A DNA stretch of 64,000 nucleotides from an uncultured Planctomycetia bacterium (GCA_964605665.1 CAZSDP010000022.1:11238-75237), one strand, 5' to 3'; positions 1 to 9,258 are shown, counted from the stretch's first letter. Numbers and translations are program-made. Notes: generated by a model not told the origin, from the sequence alone.

Positions 1-1
1 T

Positions 2-817
2 GCGGAAGCACGAATCTCGAGTGATCACGGCGGGATCGAAATCGTCTCGCGACTCGCTGGTGCGGATCTGCGAGTGATCGAGGGCACCGGTCAATCCGCG
101 GCTCAGTTGGGATTCATCGTTCCCAGCGCCGACATCGAACTCGACAAAATTCACGGAGGTCGAGGGCTTTCCACCGTCGAAGGTGCGGACTTTCAGATCG
201 TGGCTGGAAACGGCGTCACCTTCGACGTCGATGTCAGCGGAGCGGTCACCCTCGGCGACGTGGTCGATCAGATCAATCAGCATCCGGGAAACACCGGCGT
301 GGTGTTTGCCGAGGTGATCGAAGGTGAAGACCGGATTCGTCTGCGCGATCAAAGTGGCGGACCGGATGACATGCGTGTCGAGAGTCGCAACGGCTCCTTT
401 GCCGCGAGTGGTCTTCGCATTCAGGGGACCGCCACCGCGAACATTCTCGAAGGGGGCGACCTTCAGCCTGGGGGGGTGCGACTGGAAAGCGCCTTCGACG
501 GCTTCGCTTTGTTGGAACAAGGGCTCGCGACTTCTGACCCCGCTGACATCCAAAGTGCGATCCGTGCTCTCGATGCTGCGAGTCGACGGGTGCTGCAAGC
601 CCAAGCGGAGGTGGGGAGCCGGTTACGCCGTCTCGAAATCTCCGAGCGACGTAACGAACTTGAAACTCTCGAAACTCAACAACTCCTCTCACAGGAGTCA
701 GACACCGACATCGCAGAAGCGATCGTCAGGTTCAACCGGGAACAGATGATGTATCAAGCGGCACTGCAGACCAGTGCGCAGTTGATGCAGCAGTCGATCC
801 TGGACTTCCTCGGATAA
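2..817 (+). CDS. flgL: Flagellar hook-associated protein, FlgL-like (could be FlgK); C-terminal part only, 5' end lies upstream of the window. Contains a flagellin-IN-like repeat.
   Basis: The frame is open from the window edge. The C-terminus ...DIAEAIVRFNREQMMYQAALQTSAQLMQQSILDFLG is flagellin/hook-associated-like. The gene sits immediately upstream of fliW-csrA, as flgL does in the Bacillus-type gene order. Confidence 0.55.
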   Translation, partial: AEARISSDHGGIEIVSRLAGADLRVIEGTGQSAAQLGFIVPSADIELDKIHGGRGLSTVEGADFQIVAGNGVTFDVDVSGAVTLGDVVDQINQHPGNTGVVFAEVIEGEDRIRLRDQSGGPDDMRVESRNGSFAASGLRIQGTATANILEGGDLQPGGVRLESAFDGFALLEQGLATSDPADIQSAIRALDAASRRVLQAQAEVGSRLRRLEISERRNELETLETQQLLSQESDTDIAEAIVRFNREQMMYQAALQTSAQLMQQSILDFLG

Positions 818-837
818 ACAAAACGGTGAGAAGCCGT

Positions 838-858
838 AGGCCGTCGCCGCGTCGGCCT
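838..858 (+). terminator. Small GC hairpin AGGCCG-N9-CGGCCT followed by TTT, between flgL and fliW.
   Basis: Inverted repeat read directly from the sequence. The T-run is short. Confidence 0.2.
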
Positions 859-872
859 TTGGAAAGGACGCC

Positions 873-1385
873 ATGGACGAGCAAGCAGTGGTCAAGGAGG
901 CTGAAGGAACCGGGAAGCTGGTCTTCCCCACGGTTCGATTTGGCGAGGTCACAGTGGCAGCGAACACATTGCTGCACTTCCCTCGTGGAATCGTCGGATT
1001 GCCGAAGGCGCAACGATTTGTGTTCTTACACAACGAAGGTGCCCCGAGTCCGGTCTTCTGGATGCAGTCGATCGATGACCCCTCACTCGCATTTTTGGTT
1101 TGTGAACCGACTCCCTTCTTCCCCGACTACGAGATCGAATTGGATTCGAGCGATCAAACTCTGCTCGGCATTCGCTCGGAGGACGAGGCCTTGGTTTGTG
1201 TGATCCTCGTGGTCCCCGAAGACCCGAAGAAGATCACCGCGAATCTCAGAGGCCCTCTGATCGTCAACACCGAGACTCGAACCGGTCTCCAGTTGGTTCT
1301 CTCCGACGATGACTATTCGGTGAAAACTCCGCTGGTCGTCGATGGGGAAGTGGTGGAGGAGGGGGGTGAGGCATGCTCGTTCTGA
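873..1385 (+). CDS. fliW: Flagellar assembly factor FliW
   Basis: 170 aa. Typical FliW sequence (...GLPKAQRFVFL...PSPVFWMQSIDDPSLAFLVCEP...ANLRGPLIVN...). Overlaps csrA by 13 nt. Confidence 0.85.
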   Translation: MDEQAVVKEAEGTGKLVFPTVRFGEVTVAANTLLHFPRGIVGLPKAQRFVFLHNEGAPSPVFWMQSIDDPSLAFLVCEPTPFFPDYEIELDSSDQTLLGIRSEDEALVCVILVVPEDPKKITANLRGPLIVNTETRTGLQLVLSDDDYSVKTPLVVDGEVVEEGGEACSF

Positions 1386-1681
1386 CCCGTACTCCCAACC
1401 AAGAGATTCGTATCGGACACGACATCATCGTTCGCGTCCTCGAAGTGAAGGGGGATCGGGTTCGAATCGGAATCGATGCCCCAACCGAAGTGAGTGTGCA
1501 CCGTGAAGAAGTGTACCTCGAGATCGCCAAGGCGAACCGAGAGGCCACCGACGTGGCTGCTCCAGGTCTTGCTGAGGTCCTCGAAATCGCCCGCGAGAAG
1601 AGTGAGATCGAATCGCCCAAGACCGCTCTTCGTCCACTCTCCAAGGGCGCGTCTGGTGCGGAGGTGAATCATGGGACTTAG
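1373..1681 (+). CDS. csrA: Carbon storage regulator CsrA with a C-terminal extension of about 40 aa
   Basis: MLVLTRTPNQEIRIGHDIIVRVLEVKGDRVRIGIDAPTEVSVHREEVY matches the canonical CsrA fold sequence. Its last codons overlap the flagellin start. Confidence 0.9.
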   Translation: MLVLTRTPNQEIRIGHDIIVRVLEVKGDRVRIGIDAPTEVSVHREEVYLEIAKANREATDVAAPGLAEVLEIAREKSEIESPKTALRPLSKGASGAEVNHGT

Positions 1682-3128
1682 AATCAACAGTAACTTGCCC
1701 TCGATGATGGCGCTCCGTCGCCTTCAGGGGAGTAACGATCAATTGACCCGTTCGATGGAACGGCTTTCGACCGGTCTTCGGATCAACAGCGCCTCGGATG
1801 ATCCTTCGGGACTGGTGATCTCTGAACAGCTGCGAGCGCAGATCCGCAGTCTCGAGCAGGCGGCGGACAACGCTTCCAATGCGAGCAACCTGCTACAGAC
1901 TGGTGAAGCAGCGCTCAACGAGATCAGCACTCTGCTCGTCTCGATGCGAGAAGCGGCGATCTACGCGCTCAACACCGGGGGGGCCTCGGCGGAACAGATT
2001 CGCGCCGAGCAAGGTGCGGTCGACCAGGCTCTCGAAGCGATCGATCGGATCGCGGCGACTACGCGTTTCGCCACGCGCAGCCTCTTCAATGGCGAGAGCG
2101 GTTTCGACATCGTCACTCGACCTCCAGAGATCACCGATCTCAATCCGATCTCGGTCACCTTTGATCCAAGTCAGCCGGTGACCACATTTGATCTCAGCGT
2201 TTCCCAGGCGGCCACCCAAGCGACCGTCGCTGCGGTCAATGGGGTTGGAGCGGCGACCAGTGGTGGAAGCGTCACCCTGCGCGTCTCGGGGCCGAATGGC
2301 ACCGAGGACATCACGATTCCCGATGCCGCGGACATCACTGCGGTGGCATCTGCCGTGAACCTCTTCCGCGGTTCGACCGGTGTCTACATCGACACCACCA
2401 CCGCCGAGTTCGTCACCGAAGAGTACGGCTCTGCCATCGACTTGCGAATCGAGCAGGTGGGCGGTCCGGGGACCTATCTCGGAGCCGGCGGACAGATCGC
2501 TGCGGTCGGGGATTTCGTGAGCGCCTCTGGCGTCGATGCCGTCGCCAATCTCAATGGTGTCAACGTCACCGCCATCGGCAATCGCCTTTCGGTCGTCTCT
2601 TCCGTCTTTGCGGGAACGATCGATTTGGTCGAGGGCACCGGGCCCGGTACTTACCAATTCCAAATCGGTCAGTCGGGACTTCGTTTCCAGATCTCCGACG
2701 GAACGACCGCGAATGATCAAGCGGTGATCGGCCTTCCTGCGCTCTACTCTTCCAATCTTGGACGCCAGGAGATCACCAGCGGTGGTCAGCAGAAGTTCGG
2801 TTTCCTCTCGTCACTGAGTTCCGGTTCAGCGAACGACCTCTTCAATGATCCTGCAAATGCTCTGCGGATCATCGATAGTGCGATCGATCAGCTCTCCGGA
2901 GTGCGCGCGTATCTCGGAGCGTTTGTGAACGACAACATCGAACCGACGCTGCGTGAGCTCGCGGTCCATATGGAGAATCTGACCGCCAGTGAATCGACGA
3001 TTCGCGATACCGACATCGCCAAGGAGACCGCCGAGTTGGCGCGCGCTCAAGTGATGTATCAGGCGGGGATTTCCGTCATGAGTCAGGCGAATCAGATTCC
3101 TGCTTCGATCTTGCAGCTGCTGCAATAA
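1671..3128 (+). CDS. fliC: Flagellin (copy 1)
   Basis: N-terminus MGLRINSNLPSMMALRRLQGSNDQLTRSMERLSTGLRINSASDDPSG and C-terminus ...AQVMYQAGISVMSQANQIPASILQLLQ are the conserved flagellin D0/D1 segments. A GGAGGTGA Shine-Dalgarno sequence lies 7 nt upstream. Confidence 0.9.
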   Translation: MGLRINSNLPSMMALRRLQGSNDQLTRSMERLSTGLRINSASDDPSGLVISEQLRAQIRSLEQAADNASNASNLLQTGEAALNEISTLLVSMREAAIYALNTGGASAEQIRAEQGAVDQALEAIDRIAATTRFATRSLFNGESGFDIVTRPPEITDLNPISVTFDPSQPVTTFDLSVSQAATQATVAAVNGVGAATSGGSVTLRVSGPNGTEDITIPDAADITAVASAVNLFRGSTGVYIDTTTAEFVTEEYGSAIDLRIEQVGGPGTYLGAGGQIAAVGDFVSASGVDAVANLNGVNVTAIGNRLSVVSSVFAGTIDLVEGTGPGTYQFQIGQSGLRFQISDGTTANDQAVIGLPALYSSNLGRQEITSGGQQKFGFLSSLSSGSANDLFNDPANALRIIDSAIDQLSGVRAYLGAFVNDNIEPTLRELAVHMENLTASESTIRDTDIAKETAELARAQVMYQAGISVMSQANQIPASILQLLQ

Positions 3129-3154
3129 AGAGAGAACTGGGTCAACACTCGATC

Positions 3155-3182
3155 GGGCTCCTCTCGCGTGCGAGGGGGGCCC
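3155..3182 (+). terminator. Stem-loop GGGCTCCTCTCGC-gtg-CGAGGGGGGCCC after flagellin 1
   Basis: 12-bp stem with 2 G.U pairs, about 27 nt after the stop codon. No strong U-tract follows. Confidence 0.4.
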
Positions 3183-3508
3183 GATCTTCATCGATCGAGG
3201 CGCAGCAGGTCGACGATCTCCGCCTCATTCTGGGGATCGACACAGATTGTCAACGCTCTAAGTATTTCAATATATTCGGCTTATGGTGCTCCCCTTCCCC
3301 TCGTTACAGATTCTCCTGCGGAAACTCCGAAGAACTCTCTGTTTCCCCTCGGGCTTTCGGCTCGGGGCAGCACTCCAGTTTGTCGTGGAGCTTGCGCGGG
3401 TTGCGCACTCCAAAGAGGAGAGATCGGAAGGAGGCCGCCTCACCCTCGCACGTCCACGCGAATGGACGACTCGAAAATTTGACAGAGACCGTGCTCGCTT
3501 CAGAGCAC

Positions 3509-3549
3509 CCGCTCCAAGGATCGGAGCGGATCGATGAAATCAAGGAGGA
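3509..3549 (+). promoter_or_regulatory. Putative CsrA binding sites in the leader of flagellin 2: hairpin CCGCTCC-AAGGATC-GGAGCGG with GGA in the loop, plus the GGA-containing Shine-Dalgarno AAGGAGGA
   Basis: Inverted repeat with a GGA-containing loop 27 nt upstream of the ATG. A second GGA lies in the SD at 3542-3549. This mirrors the B. subtilis hag leader (established knowledge), and fliW-csrA sits immediately upstream. Confidence 0.4.
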
Positions 3550-3555
3550 TTTCCC

Positions 3556-5040
3556 ATGGGTCTTCGGATCAACACCAACGTTTCCGCGATGGGTGCACTT
3601 CGCAATCTGCACCGTGCGGACAATCTTCAGCAGAGCTCTCTCGAGCGCCTTTCCACCGGTCTGCGCATCAATCGCGCATCGGACGACCCATCCGGGTTCG
3701 TCATCTCCGAGCAGCTGCGCGCCCAAATCCGCGGCATGGAGCAGGCGGCTGAAAACTCCCAGAACGCTTCCAATCTGATGGGCACCGCTGAGGCGGCCCT
3801 CAGTGAGGTCAACTCGCTCCTGATGAGCATCCGCGAGTCGGTGGTTTTCGCCATGAACTCCGGCGGCAATGACGCCGCTCAGATCGATGCAGAGCAGGAC
3901 GCGATCGATAACGCCTTGCGCTCGATCGACCGTATCTCGCAAACCACCCGCTTCGGCACCCGTAATCTGCTCGATGGATCGAGTGGCATCAGCGCGAATG
4001 CGATCAGCGCCTCGATCGAAGATATCGCAGTGCAGAGCGTCACGTTCGATGACATGAGCACCGCGAATCAGACCTTCACCGTCAACCTGACCACCGCAGC
4101 CTCGCAGGCGAACCTGAGTGGCACAACGGCTAGTGGCGGAGGTAACTTCGGTACCTTCACAAGCACCGCGGCCGATACGACCTTGCGCATCACCGGTGCG
4201 TTGGGAACACGCGATGTCGTCATCATGCAGGGCGCAACCGCTGCCGAATTCGCGACCGCAGTGAACACCTTTACCTCGGAGACCGGCATCTATGTCGATG
4301 GAACGACAAATGAGCTGGTCAGCACTGAGTACGGTTCCTCGCAGTCTGCTTCGGTGGAAGTTGTTTCAGGTGATATCACCACCAGCATCCAAGCGAATGC
4401 GACCTCCGGCATCTTCAGCGATACGGGTACCGACGCGGTTGGTGACGTGAATGGAATCACCTTCAAGGCGGATGGATTCAACCTGCGGGTGGTCTCCGAC
4501 GTTCTGTCGGCGGATCTCCGTTTGGCGTCGAACACCGCAGTGGGCGCCCACACCTTCACCGTCGAAAATGACGGGTTGGTTTTCCAGCTGAATCAGTCCT
4601 ATTCGACCGCCGACCGAGAACAGGTTGGACTCAAGAATGTCTCCACCAATCTTCTCGGTTCTCAAGAGCGCACCGTCACTGGAATGAATGGTGCCAGCCT
4701 CACGATCGGTGGTTTCCTTTCTTCCTTGATGTCGGGCGAAGCGAATGATCTCGGATCTGATCCAGCGAATGCGCTTCGTATCATCGATGAAGCGATCGCA
4801 GAGGTCAGCGACCATCGTGCCTATCTCGGCGCGTTCCAGTCGCAGACGGTCGACACGAATCTCAGTTCACTCCGAGTGGCGATCGAGAACCTCACCGCGA
4901 GCGAGTCCGCGATCCGCGATCTCGACTTCGCCGCGGAGTCGGCGGCATTCACCCGCAACCAGATCTTGTACCAATCGGGCATCGCTGTTCTTGCTCAGTC
5001 GAATCTGATCAGTCAGTCGGTGTTGACCCTTCTCGGATAA
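3556..5040 (+). CDS. Flagellin (copy 2)
   Basis: MGLRINTNVSAMGALRNLHRADNLQQSSLERLSTGLRINRASDDPSG ... C-terminus ILYQSGIAVLAQSNLISQSVLTLLG. Paralog of copy 1 with a divergent central region. Confidence 0.9.
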   Translation: MGLRINTNVSAMGALRNLHRADNLQQSSLERLSTGLRINRASDDPSGFVISEQLRAQIRGMEQAAENSQNASNLMGTAEAALSEVNSLLMSIRESVVFAMNSGGNDAAQIDAEQDAIDNALRSIDRISQTTRFGTRNLLDGSSGISANAISASIEDIAVQSVTFDDMSTANQTFTVNLTTAASQANLSGTTASGGGNFGTFTSTAADTTLRITGALGTRDVVIMQGATAAEFATAVNTFTSETGIYVDGTTNELVSTEYGSSQSASVEVVSGDITTSIQANATSGIFSDTGTDAVGDVNGITFKADGFNLRVVSDVLSADLRLASNTAVGAHTFTVENDGLVFQLNQSYSTADREQVGLKNVSTNLLGSQERTVTGMNGASLTIGGFLSSLMSGEANDLGSDPANALRIIDEAIAEVSDHRAYLGAFQSQTVDTNLSSLRVAIENLTASESAIRDLDFAAESAAFTRNQILYQSGIAVLAQSNLISQSVLTLLG

Positions 5041-5083
5041 GTGACCTTCGGTCACCGATCCCCCCGCCCGCAACTTGAGGAAT

Positions 5084-5112
5084 CCCCACCTCGCGCGTTT
5101 CGCGCGAGGTGG
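5084..5112 (+). terminator. Perfect 12-bp GC stem-loop CCCCACCTCGCG-loop-CGCGAGGTGGGG after flagellin 2. It is preceded by a second tight hairpin GTGACC-ttc-GGTCAC at 5041-5055.
   Basis: Inverted repeats read directly from the sequence. No U-tract follows. Confidence 0.45.
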
Positions 5113-5495
5113 GGGAACCTGTCAGGAGGTCATTGATGGATTCGATTCCCTCCGTCGATCCTGTGTTCGAATCATCTTCACCACGCTCCGTCGAACCGAC
5201 GCGAGCCGGTGAATCGCTCAGCGCTCCTTCCGGTCAGAAAGTACCCCCGGCACCCGCGCCCCCGGCGGAGCCAAAAATCGACCGGGAAGCCCTCGATCAG
5301 GCACTTCAGCAGCTCGATGAGGTGCTCCGAGACTCCTCCGAGCTCCGTTTTCAGGTCTCAGAGGGAGATCTGATGGTTCAGGTGGTCGACGTCACGACCG
5401 ATGAAGTGATCAGGAGCATTCCGTCGGAAAAGGTCCTCGAACTGCGAGACCATTTCCATGAGCTGACGGGCTTGCTTCTCGACGATCGCGCCTGA
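5109..5495 (+). CDS. flaG: Flagellar protein FlaG
   Basis: 128 aa. C-terminal ...LRFQVSEGDLMVQVVDVTTDEVIRSIPSEKVLEL resembles the FlaG family. Positioned between flagellin and fliD, as in many flagellar loci. Confidence 0.65.
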   Translation: MGEPVRRSLMDSIPSVDPVFESSSPRSVEPTRAGESLSAPSGQKVPPAPAPPAEPKIDREALDQALQQLDEVLRDSSELRFQVSEGDLMVQVVDVTTDEVIRSIPSEKVLELRDHFHELTGLLLDDRA

Positions 5496-5680
5496 GCTGG
5501 AACCGTCAACCGCGGCTCGGCACAGGCAGAGTGGTGGGGTTGGGGGAGATCCCGGCACGAGAACCGCATCCAGCGAATCGCCACGGACGGCGATGCGCAC
5601 GGGTGCGGTTTGTTCTGTGACCGGACATCGATCATCAGCCACTGGAGCGCTCCTCGGGGGTGCTCGCGGGAGAGAGAATC

Positions 5681-8600
5681 ATGTTTAGCATCGACGGACT
5701 GGCCTCTGGTCTCGATACCACCTCTCTGATCAATCAGATCCTCAATCTCGAGCGACGGCCGATCGCCCTGATCCAAGGGCAAGTGGAGACGGCGACCAAC
5801 AAGCAGTCCGCCTATCTCGACCTCTCCGCCCGGCTGCTCGCACTGCAGATCAGCGCCAATCGACTCACTGACGAGAATTTCTTCTCGCAAGTGCAGGCGG
5901 AGTCGACCCAACCCGATCTGTTGTCGGTTTCGGTGGGAAACAGCACTCCTCCGGGTAGCTACTCTTTCCGGTCGATCCAAACCGCGCGTGCCAGCCAATT
6001 CACCTCCTCGGGGTTTGCGGCTCGCGATGCATTGGTCGGCGCGGGGACGATGACCTTCGAGTTCGGGGGCTTTGTCGATGTCGATACCGATCTCGACCAG
6101 CTCAACGGAGGTCAGGGCGTGGCGCGGGGGGCGATCAGGATCACCGACGCCTCCGGATCGAGCGCGACGATCGATCTCTCGACCGCGATCAATGTCGATG
6201 ATGTGATCGCCGCCATCGAAGGATCGAACGTGGCGGTCTCCGCCCGGATCTCCGACTCTGGCCGCGGCCTGACGTTGGAAGACACGTCGGGGGGGAGTGG
6301 GTCGATGGTCGTCGAAGACCTCGACGGGCGGACCACCGCCCTCGATCTCGGCATCCGAGGCACCGCCGTCGGCACCACTCTGACCGGCAATCAGGTGTAC
6401 CGTCTGGGAGACTCGCTCTTACTTTCAGAGCTTCGAGATGGGCTCGGAGTGAGGACGGGACCCTCTGGGGATCTCGACATCACCAAGCGAGACGGCACCT
6501 CGGTGACCGTTGATCTCAGTCAAGTCACCACCGTCCAAGGACTGATCGACGCCGTGAGCGCAGCGGATGCAGACCTGACCCTCTCGATCAACAGCGAAGG
6601 CGATCGATTCGATTTGGCCGACGCGAGCGCAGGGGGTGGACCGCTGGTCGTGGCGAACGCGACCGGTTCCCAGGCCGCCTCCGATCTCGGTCTGGTCGGT
6701 TCTTCGACGGCGGGAACGATCACCGGCTCCGCCACGTTGGCGGGACTCAACGACCGGCTGCTCGCCAACCTCAACGGTGGAGCAGGAGTGTCCGCTGGGT
6801 CGATCGAAGTCACCGACCGCAGTGGCGTCACCACCGTGATCGACTTGTCCGCTGCGGAGACGCTGCAAGAGGTGATGCGTCAGATCAACGACTCCGGGGC
6901 AGCGGTCACCGCTTCCTTGAACAGACAAGGTAATGGACTCCGCATCAGCGATACCTCTGGCGGATTTGGATCGCTGTCGATCGCAGAGGTCGGCGCGGGG
7001 ACGACCGCGAGTGAGCTCGGCTTGCTCGGATCGACGGTGGGGACCGAGCTCTCCGGAGGTGATCTGAATCTCCGTTACTTCGATGAAAACACCCGTCTCG
7101 ATTCTTTGAATGGCGGTAGCGGCGTTGCTGCCGGGTCGATCCGTCTCACCGATTCGAATGGGGTCAGCTTCACGGTCGATCTCAGCCAAGAGTCGACACT
7201 CCAAGACGTGATCCTCGATATCACGGGAGCGGCTGCCAGCGCCGGTAGCGATGTTACCGTTTCGATCAACGCGACCGGCAACGGGCTCTTGCTCTCGTCT
7301 CTCAGTGGATCCAGCGATCTGCGCGTGGAAGAGGTCGACGGCGGGCGCACCGCGCGAGACCTCGGGATTCTCGGAGTGAGCGATGCGAGCCAGCCGGGGA
7401 TCATCGATGGCTCCTTCGAACACACGATCACCATCGAAGCGACCGACACCTTGGAGGATCTCCGCGACCGGATCTCCGAGCTGGGAATCCCGGTGACCGC
7501 GAGCATTCTCAATGATGGATCGAGTGGAACACCGTTTCGATTGTCGGTGGTCGGAGCGGCGACCGGCGCCGCGGCTCGCCTCCAGATCGATGTCTCGGGC
7601 AGTACCGCGCTGAATTTTCAACAGACCGCCACCGCTCGCGACGGCATCTTGTTCTACGGAGAAGACTCCGACGGCTCGAGTTCTTTGATGATTCGCAGTG
7701 CCACCAACACCTATGAAGATGTTGTTCAAGGGATGACGGTGACCGCGACTGGAACCTCGAGTCAGACGATCGGGATCAATGTGACGCGAGACCAACAGGC
7801 GATCACCGATCAGGTGAATGATCTGGTGACCGCGCTCAATGAAGTGCTCGATCAGATCGGTCGGCTCACCGATTTCAATCTTGAAACGGAGACTTCGGGA
7901 ATCCTCCTCGGCGATTCGACGATTCGCAACGTTCAACGCAGCTTGATCCGCGCCATGACTCGGCCGCTGGGAGACGATATCGCCAATCAGTTCAATGTGA
8001 TGGCTGAGGTCGGGGTCCGACTCAGAGGTGGGAAGTTCACTTTCGATCGCGCTCAATTCGAGAGCGCGTTGGCTGAGAATCCCGACGCGGTGCAGCGTCT
8101 CTTCGGAGCGGCACGGACGATCTCAGAGACGACCTCTCTCGATGAATTCGAAAATGGCGAAGGAGTGCGAAGGGCCACCGGTCAAAACGACATTCGTTTC
8201 GAGCTTCGCGATGGCAACGAATTCGAGGTCAATCTCGATAGCGCGATCAACGTGGGAGATGTGATCTCTCAGATCAACGCTGCTGCGGCGGGAAGCCTCA
8301 TCGCGGAACTGTCGACCGACGGTCGGAGCATCGTCTTGCGCGATCAGACGAGCGGAACGAACACCTTCCGCGTCACCTCGATCAACTCTTCCGGAACTGC
8401 GAATGATCTCGGGATCTCTCGGACCGCCGACAGCGACGGCGGAGGAATGATCACCGGGGGAGCGATCGATCTCGATCGAGATCCCGGAGTGGCCGCACGA
8501 CTCGACGATGCGATCACCTCTCTCACCGATGCGACCGATGGCGTTCTGCAGCGACGCGCCGATGGCCTCGACGATTTGATCGAAACCCTCAATGAGCGGA

Positions 8601-8734
8601 TCGAACGGATCGAAGAGCGCTTGGTGAATCGAGAAGAGATACTCCGTCGGCAGTTCGCCAACCTCGAGCTGATCATGGCGGAGAGTCAAGCGACGATGGA
8701 CCGCCTCAACGCATCTCTCCTGGGGCTCAGCTGA
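5681..8734 (+). CDS. fliD: Flagellar filament cap protein FliD (HAP2), unusually long (about 1017 aa), with at least 5 internal flagellin-IN-like repeats
   Basis: N-terminus MFSIDGLASGLDTTSLINQILNLERRPIALIQGQVE is FliD-like, with a GGGAGAGAG Shine-Dalgarno sequence upstream. Repeats of about 110 aa each begin LNGGxGVxxGSIxxTDxxGxxxxVDLS...SGG. The ORF track begins 21 nt earlier at a GTG. Confidence 0.85.
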   Translation: MFSIDGLASGLDTTSLINQILNLERRPIALIQGQVETATNKQSAYLDLSARLLALQISANRLTDENFFSQVQAESTQPDLLSVSVGNSTPPGSYSFRSIQTARASQFTSSGFAARDALVGAGTMTFEFGGFVDVDTDLDQLNGGQGVARGAIRITDASGSSATIDLSTAINVDDVIAAIEGSNVAVSARISDSGRGLTLEDTSGGSGSMVVEDLDGRTTALDLGIRGTAVGTTLTGNQVYRLGDSLLLSELRDGLGVRTGPSGDLDITKRDGTSVTVDLSQVTTVQGLIDAVSAADADLTLSINSEGDRFDLADASAGGGPLVVANATGSQAASDLGLVGSSTAGTITGSATLAGLNDRLLANLNGGAGVSAGSIEVTDRSGVTTVIDLSAAETLQEVMRQINDSGAAVTASLNRQGNGLRISDTSGGFGSLSIAEVGAGTTASELGLLGSTVGTELSGGDLNLRYFDENTRLDSLNGGSGVAAGSIRLTDSNGVSFTVDLSQESTLQDVILDITGAAASAGSDVTVSINATGNGLLLSSLSGSSDLRVEEVDGGRTARDLGILGVSDASQPGIIDGSFEHTITIEATDTLEDLRDRISELGIPVTASILNDGSSGTPFRLSVVGAATGAAARLQIDVSGSTALNFQQTATARDGILFYGEDSDGSSSLMIRSATNTYEDVVQGMTVTATGTSSQTIGINVTRDQQAITDQVNDLVTALNEVLDQIGRLTDFNLETETSGILLGDSTIRNVQRSLIRAMTRPLGDDIANQFNVMAEVGVRLRGGKFTFDRAQFESALAENPDAVQRLFGAARTISETTSLDEFENGEGVRRATGQNDIRFELRDGNEFEVNLDSAINVGDVISQINAAAAGSLIAELSTDGRSIVLRDQTSGTNTFRVTSINSSGTANDLGISRTADSDGGGMITGGAIDLDRDPGVAARLDDAITSLTDATDGVLQRRADGLDDLIETLNERIERIEERLVNREEILRRQFANLELIMAESQATMDRLNASLLGLS

Positions 8735-9171
8735 TGGATCCGACGAAGCGATACCGGCAAGTCCAGGTGGAGACTGCGGCAAAGGATGATCTGCTGATGC
8801 TCCTTCTCGACGGAGGCGTTCGATTTTGCGAGAGCGCTCTGATCGAATTGCGAAGTGAGGGGGGAGGCGATCTCGAGAAGCGCAACGATCAATTGGTGCG
8901 CGCCCAAAAGATCTTGCTCGAACTGATGGGGGCACTGAGTCCGTCGATCGGGCTCGATCTTTATCAACGCCTGATGCAACTCTATCGATTTACCTTCGAG
9001 CGACTCCTCGAAGGCAATCTGAACGGCGATCTGAAGCTCGTCGAAGAGGGGACCGAAGTGATGCACCAGCTCCGCGACCTGTGGGCGGATGCGGTCAAGA
9101 AGGCGAAGTCGGAGCGCAAGGAGCGTCCCCAAGGACCTCTCCCCAATTCATCGATCTCCGTAAAAGGGTGA
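8734..9171 (+). CDS. fliS: Flagellar export chaperone FliS
   Basis: 145 aa. MDPTKRYRQVQVETAAKDDLLMLLLDGGVRFCESA... resembles the FliS family. Start overlaps the fliD stop (ATGA). Confidence 0.85.
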   Translation: MDPTKRYRQVQVETAAKDDLLMLLLDGGVRFCESALIELRSEGGGDLEKRNDQLVRAQKILLELMGALSPSIGLDLYQRLMQLYRFTFERLLEGNLNGDLKLVEEGTEVMHQLRDLWADAVKKAKSERKERPQGPLPNSSISVKG

Positions 9172-9204
9172 ATCGCCCTGTGCGGGCGCTGGGAAGATTC
9201 AGCG

Positions 9205-9258
9205 TCTTGAGTTGCTGAGCTTGAAGATGCTGAGGCTTGAAGTACTGAGTCTGGAATT
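9205..9258. repeat. Three tandem degenerate 15-16 nt direct repeats (TGCTGAG(G)CTTGAAG...) in the fliS-tolB intergenic region
   Basis: Read directly from the sequence. No coding support. Confidence 0.3.

Noticed and set aside
1455-1475. GGGTTCGAATCGG resembling a tRNA T-loop (similar hits at about 920 and about 40050)
   Set aside because: Embedded in the csrA, fliW or yajC coding frames. No acceptor or anticodon stem structure around it.
3280-3300. Sigma54-like -24/-12 element (TGGTGC-N5-TTCC) upstream of flagellin 2
   Set aside because: Lacks the conserved GC at -12 (CC instead). Match too weak.
6425-8056. 543-aa ORF on the minus strand
   Set aside because: Fully antisense to the well-supported fliD. 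Arg/Gly/Asp-rich low-complexity translation typical of GC-rich antisense frames.
9205-9258. Tandem repeat clusters considered as CRISPR arrays (also 31716-31779 and 43456-43506)
   Set aside because: Only 3-4 contiguous units of 15-17 nt with no spacers and no cas genes nearby.
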